Part shown: positions 58,101 to 64,000 of the stretch, in pieces
How positions within the stretch are numbered: the first letter of the stretch is position 1
Layout: each line of letters begins with the position of its first letter
DNA from: Candidatus Bathyarchaeota archaeon
GTDB lineage: Archaea; Thermoproteota; Bathyarchaeia; Bathyarchaeales; Bathycorpusculaceae
Direction of reading: 5' to 3'
NCBI GenBank assembly: GCA_963832745.1
Contig: CAWHVC010000005.1
Location: forward strand, 384,001-448,000
Length of the DNA stretch: 64,000 bases
Notes under the pieces: model-generated
Database searches by the model: none
What the model was told of the DNA's origin: nothing
Seen by the model: only the letters and a program-made list of their open reading frames with translations
Position numbers and translations under genes: made by a program

Positions 58101-58215
58101 ATTCGGTTTGGCTGTTGTTAAACGGATGTCTGAAGCGCTGGGAGGCTACGTGTCTTTTGAAAGTCAGGCAGGCAAAGGAACAAACTTCACGGTACGGTTG
58201 CCCATCAAACATTAA
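55174..58215 (+). CDS. MEDS-PAS-GAF-PAS-PAS histidine kinase
   Basis: WGTHLCQFY...ALCTY (MEDS), GAF (GQGPTGRAVRTG, SSAALPL), PAS repeats, GHDIRNPL, HATPase boxes. Confidence 0.92.
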   Translation: MAKEANSLRRFGVDLVGAIPWGTHLCQFYVSKQDLIDILVPYFAEGLRSNEFCMWVTSLPLEVEEAKTALKERVPDLEDYIKKGQIEIISYDHWYLIDSQFGSKQILQNWVNKEKTAIEQGFEGLRLSGNTFWVEHDLWESFTDYEHDVNSVLKQHKIIALCTYGLNHCTGTDVLDVLRNHIGTLVKHNERWLMLEDASRRKAVNGALKVSKQKYSTLFQNMASGFAYHKVIYDSNGKPIDYVFLEINDTFEKMTGLRREKIIGRPVTDVLLGIQNDPADWIGKYGNVASTGCTAKFEDYNQALDKWFSVSAFSPEKGYFIATFEDITNHKKAEEAIKENEARLKKLNRTLRAISNSNQAIMRATDEESFMKEACRIVVEDCGYKMVWVGLALEDTAKNVKPVAFSGFDKTYLDSLKITWADTERGQGPTGRAVRTGQPQFCQSMANDVLFKPWREEALKRGYASSAALPLKIGGKVIGVLTLYSTEPTVCSDEEIKLLTELASDFSQGMKILRIRKEKEQAEIDIQRQAALLDLSPDAIFVRKLDGTITFWSKGAEKSYGWTKEEAIGQNSHSILKTKFPQPYDEIIAQVKHTGKWSGELLHTAKDGRQLTLQSFWQAIFDLNGEIAELLESNLDITERKQFEQALERAKVDWERTFNSVPDLIAILDDKHRIVRANKAMAQVLGTDPENCAGLNCFECVHGQDAPPSFCPHTLAMMDGQEHTAEVHEKRLGGDFIVSATPLKDEHGHILGSVHVARNITLRKQMEDKLEEYSKELEHLVEERTKQLRDSERLATIGATAGMVGHDIRNPLQAIASSLYLAKTDLDALSEGKDKEAIVESLTEIEKNVDYINKIVVDLQDFAKPLKPLLASIDLSMIVQDVIKSRVFPENIIVTTSVDSQANCFVADATYVRRILSNLVNNAMQAMSNGGNLTIRATCEKGNVVINVQDTGMGIPEEAKGKLFTPLFTTKSKGQGFGLAVVKRMSEALGGYVSFESQAGKGTNFTVRLPIKH

Positions 58216-58322
58216 CTGCTCTTTTTTCACGTTACAGTAGCGCTAAGCAACCCATAACAAAAGCGGATGTTACTGGGTCGCTACAGTCACATATTGTTAT
58301 TTTTCCAAACGCAAACAAGTAC

Positions 58323-59333
58323 ATGGAAAATATGCCAGACATAATTACAGTAAAAAATTTGAAAATGACTTACGGCGACGGAACAAAAGCCGTAGACGAT
58401 ATTTCTTTTAACGTTAATCAAGGTGAATTTTTCGGTTTTTTAGGTCCAAACGGCGCTGGAAAAAGCACAACCATCAAAATCTTGACTACTCTTCTAAGAA
58501 AAACTGGGGGCACCGTCTTTATTGCTGGGCATAATCTTGAAATTGGTTCCTCTGAAATTCGAAAAATCATTGGTGTTCAAAGTCAAGATACAACTGTTGA
58601 TGGCGACTTGTCTGGCCGAGAAAACTTGATGCTTCAAGGTCATTTTCAGCAAATGCATGGTGACGCGTTAAAGACGCGTGTTGCTGAGTTGCTTAAACTT
58701 GTAGAGTTGGAGTCGGCTGCTGATAGGCGTGCAAGAAATTATTCGGGTGGCATGAAGAAACGACTGGATTTAGCCACTGCCCTTGTGCATAGGCCTAAAC
58801 TGCTGTTTTTGGATGAACCCACAACGGGGTTGGATCCGCAGTCACGTTTGGCTATTTGGAGTTACCTGCAACGGTTAAACAAGGAGGAGGATACAACCAT
58901 TTTTTTGACAACTCAGTATTTGGAAGAAGCTGACAGGCTTTGTGAACGTTTAGCAATTATTGATTTTGGAAAAATCGTTACCACTGGTTCCCCGGTTGCG
59001 CTCAAACGGGAAATTGGCGCGGATTCGATAAAATTGTCGATTGAAAACTGTGAACGTGATAAGCCCAAAGCCAAAGAATTACTTAATAGTCTTGAAGGCG
59101 TAACCAGCGTGATTGATTCTGGTCCAGAAGAATGCTTAACTGTTTATGCTAAAAACGCTGGACCCTTAGTCGCCGATATAGTACGTGCTTTTGACAGCAG
59201 TAACATTAAGCTTTTGTCAGTGACGTTTTCTTCACCCAGTCTTGATGACGTGTTTCTGCAGCATACGGGCAGAACGATACGTGCTGAAGACCTTGTAAAG
59301 GCGCCAAGCAGAATGCTGGGAGGGCGGCGATAA
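58323..59333 (+). CDS. ABC exporter ATP-binding subunit (DrrA-like)
   Basis: GPNGAGKST, YSGGMKKRLD, LDEPTTGLD, PSLDDVFL. Confidence 0.92.
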   Translation: MENMPDIITVKNLKMTYGDGTKAVDDISFNVNQGEFFGFLGPNGAGKSTTIKILTTLLRKTGGTVFIAGHNLEIGSSEIRKIIGVQSQDTTVDGDLSGRENLMLQGHFQQMHGDALKTRVAELLKLVELESAADRRARNYSGGMKKRLDLATALVHRPKLLFLDEPTTGLDPQSRLAIWSYLQRLNKEEDTTIFLTTQYLEEADRLCERLAIIDFGKIVTTGSPVALKREIGADSIKLSIENCERDKPKAKELLNSLEGVTSVIDSGPEECLTVYAKNAGPLVADIVRAFDSSNIKLLSVTFSSPSLDDVFLQHTGRTIRAEDLVKAPSRMLGGRR

Positions 59334-60107
59334 ATGACAATGCTTTCGGATACACGTTACCTGTTTGTTCGGTCACTGAAAAAACTTGTTCGGAACCCTA
59401 TTTTGCTGTTTTTTTCTCTGTTTCAACCCATTATTTTTCTGGTGCTTTTTACGCAGCTTTTTTCGGAACTGGCAAATTTTCCAGGGTTTCTACCGCCGGG
59501 CGTGAGTTATTTAGAGTTTGCAACCGCTGGCATTATTCTTCAGAACGCTTTTGGCAGTTCACTTCAGTCGGGCACTTCCATCGTGTTGGATATTGATTCA
59601 GGTTTCTTGCAGAAAATGCTTGTCACTCCTGTTCAGCGTCCAGCGATTCTGTTAGGCCGCTTAACCAGTGACGCTTTTCGGGTTGTTGTTCAATCAGCCA
59701 TAATTCTGGTTCTTTCTTACCTGCTAGGTGGCTATGTTGTTACAGGCATTGCAGGTGTACTTTTAATCTTTTTTACAATAGCGTTTTTTGGGCTTGCATG
59801 GTCGGGGATTTCATTGGCGATAGGTTTGCGGACGCGTAGTTCTGAAACAGTTTTTGCTATCGGCGGCTTCATAACTTTTCCGTTGCTGTTTTTGAGCACT
59901 GCTTTGGTTCCGTCTGCCTCGTTGCCCAGTTGGATTAATACGATTTCACAGTTTAACCCGATTAGTTACGCGGTTAATGCTATTCGGGCGCTTATGATTA
60001 CGGGGTTTGATTGGCCAACAATTCTTGCTGCTTGGGGAGTAATTGCCTTGATAGCGGTTGTTACGTTGGGGGCAACGTTGTATCAGTTTAGAAAAGTAGT
60101 GCGTTAA
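59334..60107 (+). CDS. ABC-2 permease (DrrB-like)
   Basis: QPIIFLVLF, GFLQKMLVTP, NPISYAV; abuts the ATPase gene. Confidence 0.9.
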   Translation: MTMLSDTRYLFVRSLKKLVRNPILLFFSLFQPIIFLVLFTQLFSELANFPGFLPPGVSYLEFATAGIILQNAFGSSLQSGTSIVLDIDSGFLQKMLVTPVQRPAILLGRLTSDAFRVVVQSAIILVLSYLLGGYVVTGIAGVLLIFFTIAFFGLAWSGISLAIGLRTRSSETVFAIGGFITFPLLFLSTALVPSASLPSWINTISQFNPISYAVNAIRALMITGFDWPTILAAWGVIALIAVVTLGATLYQFRKVVR

Positions 60108-60113
60108 AAAATT

Positions 60114-60698
60114 TTAAACTGTAACGTTTAGGTTCTGTACGGCTAAGTAGATTTCGTTCCAGTTGTAAACTCGTTTAGTCAAGTTTCTTACGTTTAATGT
60201 CCGGTTCCATGGTTGGTCGTAAAGCAGCACGTTCTTGACTTTGTGTGTCCATTCTAAAGCGTCTACAAGTGAGTCTTCGACAATCAAGTCAAGCGGGTCA
60301 ACGTTTGCGCGATATTTTTCGCCGACATTTAGCATGTGGAGTTGCGTGTAAGGTATGCCTTTTTCTTTTAGCCATGATTGTGTAATGTCTCGTAGGTATT
60401 CATAGCGGCCTGTTAAAAGGAGAATGTTGTGTCCTTCGCGGCTGAGTTTTTCAAGGGTTTCTTTTGCGCCAGCGTTAAGTGGTAAATCTTTTTTTAGTGT
60501 TTGGTTTACGAGTTGGTTGCCTTCGTCTTTGGTTATGCCTAAAACAATGTTTAAGTCGAAAGTGTAAATGTCAGTGGTTTTCAGGTTTACGCCGTAGTTT
60601 TCTTTGATGACGTCAAGAAGTGGCTGTGTAAAGTTGGCGATAACGCCGTCTATATCAAAGCCTAAATTCAAATGCACTTTTCCCCTTGTTCGCTTCAA
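60114..60698 (-). CDS. HAD-family 5'(3')-nucleotidase-like (NT5C) protein
   Basis: GFDIDGVIA, LTGR, WL, IVED, PWN. Confidence 0.82.
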   Translation of the reverse strand: MKRTRGKVHLNLGFDIDGVIANFTQPLLDVIKENYGVNLKTTDIYTFDLNIVLGITKDEGNQLVNQTLKKDLPLNAGAKETLEKLSREGHNILLLTGRYEYLRDITQSWLKEKGIPYTQLHMLNVGEKYRANVDPLDLIVEDSLVDALEWTHKVKNVLLYDQPWNRTLNVRNLTKRVYNWNEIYLAVQNLNVTV

Positions 60699-60796
60699 CT
60701 AGATAGTAACCGTGACTTTAAAGTTAAACTGTAAAACAGTCAACTATTGGATATAGATTTTTTGTTACTTTTGGCCCCAAACGGTTGCTGAATATG

Positions 60797-61351
60797 TTAA
60801 AGCATTCTTAACAAGTCAGCCTTAGTAATAATTCCAATGATTGAACCTTTTTTTGAGACTAGTACAGCAGGATACGTCTGTAAAAGGCTAGTTATCAACG
60901 TTAAGGGTGCATCTTCGTTGATTTGTGGAAAGGCTTCCTCCATGATGTCTCCCGTAGACTTTCTGGAAACTTCTTTAAGGTCTTTGCCTGCAAGAATCTG
61001 CCGCAAAATAGTTTTTTCCGATATGCTGCCTACGGATTGTTTGCCTTCAAACACTGGAACCTGAGAGTAACCGTGCTCTTTCATAAGGTTGACAACTTTG
61101 GATATGGGTTCATGCCGTTGAATACTGACTACGTCGTTTTGGACGATTTTTTCTGCTTGAACCTTATTTTTGAATTCCAGCTTTTCAAGTACCGTAAAGA
61201 TGGTTTTTGCTTTAGTGTATGATGGGTCGATGGCGCCTGCTTCCAGTTTGGCAATTAAGGATTGGCTTACACTCGCCATTTTTGCGAGTTCAGACTGCTT
61301 TAAACCCAGTTGACGTCGACGTTTCGCTATGTCTTCAAGCGGGGGAAACAT
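60797..61351 (-). CDS. HTH-CBS-domain transcriptional regulator
   Basis: RRQLGLKQSELA...SQSLIAKLEAG plus CBS pair (YSQVPV, GIITKADLL); start placed at ATG 61351. Confidence 0.9.
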   Translation of the reverse strand: MFPPLEDIAKRRRQLGLKQSELAKMASVSQSLIAKLEAGAIDPSYTKAKTIFTVLEKLEFKNKVQAEKIVQNDVVSIQRHEPISKVVNLMKEHGYSQVPVFEGKQSVGSISEKTILRQILAGKDLKEVSRKSTGDIMEEAFPQINEDAPLTLITSLLQTYPAVLVSKKGSIIGIITKADLLRML

Positions 61352-61447
61352 GGCAAAAATATGAGCTTTAACATTGTTATATCTTTTTTGAGAAATGCGC
61401 AGTAAATTTTTCTGCAATTGACTTTGAAAGGTTATAGAAGAGCTTAA

Positions 61448-61603
61448 ATGGCAAGTTTGACCGCTCAGTACTCAGATATGCCGAAAAAAGCGATTTCTTC
61501 AAACGCGATAGATTTCATTCTGTCGCCCGATGAAATTGCTTCTGAACTTGAAAAAATTTCTAAAAACCCCCAATTGCTGAACATGATTTTTGCAGCGTTG
61601 TAA
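61448..61603 (+). pseudogene. Fragment resembling the C-terminal end of a CheB methylesterase domain
   Basis: TAQYSDMPKKAISSNAIDFILSPDEIASELEKISKNP matches the CheB MP..AI....VDFIL.P..IA.EL tail; no catalytic part present. Confidence 0.55.
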
Positions 61604-61834
61604 GCCCAGAGCAGGGTTGTGTAGACCCAGAGTGTCAGGAATAGGGCTTTCTTTTTTCTCAAGGGCCAATTACTTACCTGTTTAATGGTTTTTTAGGTTT
61701 AAAGTTGCTTTTGGGTCCACTTGTCTGTTATCCATTAAAACGCCTGTAAATTTCAAAATTTACATAGTGTAATTTAAAAAAATTAATATTTAAAACTTTA
61801 AAAATAACAATGTTAAATCAGCTATCGAACAAAA

Positions 61835-62338
61835 ATGAATCTCTTGAGAAGCAAAGAATTCTGGGCTGCCTTATCCATTGTCATCGTCACTGTTATTTTG
61901 ATGGCGACGATTTTACTGGACCTATTTAGCATAGGTTTCCGCTTGGGACCTTTCAGAGCAAATCATTGGCTTGTATGGATAGGAACCCTCTACATTGCAA
62001 TCGCAGTACCCACACTAGCTATTCTAAAAAAACGGCGACCACAGAAGTACCTGACGCTTTTCAGAATTCACGTTTTCGGAAACCTATTTGCATTCCTGCT
62101 GATTTCCCTGCATTTCGCTAGCCAAATCGGTCGACCAGCAACCGCCTATCCAGAGTTGGGAACAGGATTAGCCCTCTACATCGTCATGATTTTGCTTGTT
62201 GCAACCGGCTTCAACCACCGCTTCCAAATAATACCCCAAATAAAATCCACAACAAGACGTTTCATGCATGTTGCATTAGCCTTTTCATTTTACATTATAA
62301 TAGTTGTTCACATCTTGCATGGACTGGGAATAATTTAA
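61835..62338 (+). CDS. Membrane protein with spaced His residues (cytochrome b / ferric-reductase-TM-like)
   Basis: Five TM segments with NHW, IHV, LHF, MHV, VHI. Confidence 0.65.
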   Translation: MNLLRSKEFWAALSIVIVTVILMATILLDLFSIGFRLGPFRANHWLVWIGTLYIAIAVPTLAILKKRRPQKYLTLFRIHVFGNLFAFLLISLHFASQIGRPATAYPELGTGLALYIVMILLVATGFNHRFQIIPQIKSTTRRFMHVALAFSFYIIIVVHILHGLGII

Positions 62339-62492
62339 CCTAAACCAGTTGGCATCTACAAGTTGCTAAATACCCTTGCTCACCAGTCTATTTCTAAACC
62401 GCAGAAACTTAAGAGCATGGTCTGTACTGGCTAAAAAAACAGTTCAAAAGTACGGTTAAAAAACATTAAAACCCTGAAATGTTAGATTGGAA

Positions 62493-62570
62493 TGGTGGGC
62501 CGAGCCGGATTTGAACCGGCGACCTTTCGATTATCAGTCGAACGCTCCAGCCGTGCTGAGCTACCGGCCC
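62493..62570 (-). tRNA. tRNA-Ile(GAT), intronless, CCA encoded
   Basis: GGGCCGGTAGCTCAGCACGGCTGGAGCGTTCGACTGATAATCGAAAGGTCGCCGGTTCAAATCCGGCTCGGCCCACCA; anticodon arm TTCGA-CTGATAA-TCGAA. Confidence 0.97.
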
Positions 62571-63615
62571 ACTTTTTTGTGCGTGTCTGAAGTAAATATT
62601 AGTGTAGGTTTATAAGAATAACGGATAACGTTTTTTTCGTTTACCATGCTTTTATTTAGATAACGCTTTTTTCTTTAGTAGTTGTTGCTGAAAAAAGCCT
62701 TTGGCCAATAAACGTTTATTATCTAAAGAATTGGAGAACCTAAGAAAAGGCGACACTAGCTGCAATCAGTAAAACGCCGACAATAAAGAGAAAATTTTTT
62801 CACAAGTCTATAACTCCACTTGTGATTCTATCGTTAATTCTTGTTACAGTATGCAGGCTCGCTATATCGATGCTAATAGGGATTCTGGTACAGTCTTTAA
62901 GCCAAGAGTGTTAGCTATTTAAGGGTGCTTTTTTAAGTGCTTAACTGCTCGTGTGTAATTGTTTAATACTTTAGTTTTGTATAGATTAGAATTCTTATTG
63001 CTTGACTCTTCCATAGCGAAGATTTCTCTTCTTTTAGGTGCATTTAGCACTATCGCTTTATTGGCGATAAGCCTGGCGTCTCAAAAGCTTTCATAAAAGA
63101 GAAAACGGCGCCAACTAAATTTACTCGCGACTCTGTTAGCAGTTTTTAATTTTTGTTTCTTTGTGTGGATGTGGGGCTCTAAGTTTTTACACACTACACT
63201 GGGGACTTTGGAACTGGTTGCTTTTTTGGTTTGGGCTGTTTTTCTGCTGTGGTTTGAGTGTGGGGAAAATATTTGCGTCTCACTGTAACGTGAAATCCAT
63301 GTTGGGATGTGGCAGTGTGGGTGTGGGATATGTTTGGTGTGGATGGGTAAACGGGCGGCAGACCTCTTTTTTCAACTAAATCCATCGTGTCCGTGCAATA
63401 GGATTAGAGAGGCAAACTCGTCAGATACGTTTTGGGTTTTTCGCAGAGCAAGCAATAATTGTTTACTTTATTTCTACACGTGAAAAAACATACAAACGAC
63501 AAACGGTAAAGGCAAATAGGCAAACAAGAAACCATGCTTCACCTTGAAGATGGATTTAATAGGGATTACCATAAATCTTTATGTGCCACACCATTATTGT
63601 CTTTTCAGGAATCAG

Positions 63616-63635
63616 GGGCTCGTAGCCTAGCACGG
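63616..63635 (+). other. tRNA 5'-end-like fragment without a 3' half
   Basis: GGGCTCG-TA-GCCT-AGCACGG; D-loop AGCACGG is identical to that of tRNA-Ile; no T-arm follows. Confidence 0.4.
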
Positions 63636-63820
63636 CATAACGTCGAAGTGGTGACATCACCTTCAAGTTTTCTCTCAGCGAAACGCAGCTTCCCTTTTTT
63701 CGCGGGTGAAGCCGCCTAGTCCTCTAAAACATTATTCTTTACAAAGTCGTTTGGTTCCTTTTTGGTTTAAGACTCAAAGAGTCTAACTTCCAATGGGTTG
63801 AAATCTAAGAAAACTTAAAC

Positions 63821-64000
63821 TTATGATGCAGTGGCTCTCCAGCCGATTTTTTTCTCATTATCAAGAACTGACTCTGACTTGATAAATTTGACAAGTTCAA
63901 TCTTACCATTTTCCAGGTATATACACCAAACTTCTTTGATCCAATGACTGCAAAAATCGTTAAATAGCATCGACCAAACTCTTCCAATAGGAGTATCACC
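63821..64000 (-). CDS. 3' end of a hypothetical protein entering from beyond the window
   Basis: Open frame GDTPIGRVWSMLFNDFCSHWIKEVWCIYLENGKIELVKFIKSES...ATAS*. Confidence 0.4.
   Translation of the reverse strand, partial: GDTPIGRVWSMLFNDFCSHWIKEVWCIYLENGKIELVKFIKSESVLDNEKKIGWRATAS

Noticed and set aside
62493-62570. tRNA-Ile as attachment site of an integrated element
   Set aside because: No duplicate of its 3' end and no intact integrase were seen in the window
62700-62910. Membrane-protein gene on the minus strand (FLFIVGVLLIAASVAFS)
   Set aside because: Only a short hydrophobic stretch bounded by stops; possibly a relic, but not assignable
63161-63385. ORFs 63161-63379 and 63194-63385
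   Set aside because: Products of a G/T-skewed low-complexity tract, with no SD or family features
63805-63999. Track ORF MILLLEEFGRCY...
   Set aside because: The neighbouring frame (63821-64000) is open from the window edge and looks more protein-like

Overview
Archaeal chromosomal segment. The gene content (cdvA/cdvB/cdvC cell-division operon, archaeal LeuRS, Dph5, RibL/RibK, ADP-forming acetate-CoA ligase, Ig-stalk surface proteins, PAS/MEDS kinases) suggests a TACK archaeon, probably Bathyarchaeia; this is inference, not a database result. Main blocks: cbiMNQO cobalt ECF transporter with a divergent wHTH regulator; apgM-like/cobD/cbiB; housekeeping genes; surface proteins; an ESCRT-III/Vps4 (Cdv) operon; a large chlID-btuFCD-cobN-cbiZ-ABC operon; Lhr helicase and leuS; a prenyltransferase-like/MFS/radical SAM-SPASM locus; two orphan histidine kinases; tRNA-Ile(GAT). 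Best candidates for undescribed systems: (1) a 16-aa peptide gene missed by the ORF track (48103-48153, own BRE/TATA and SD) inside the prenyltransferase-like + MFS + SPASM radical SAM locus, possibly a RiPP or pheromone system; (2) a 39-bp promoter architecture shared without gaps by the cobalt-uptake and cobaltochelatase/corrinoid operons 36 kb apart, suggesting a riboswitch-independent cobalt/B12 regulon run by the uncharacterised regulator at 2205-3038; (3) the Cdv locus with a palindromic operator, a divergent small membrane protein and a nearby p24/GOLD-like protein. All family calls come from motif recognition by eye. Several +1 frameshifts may be sequencing errors.
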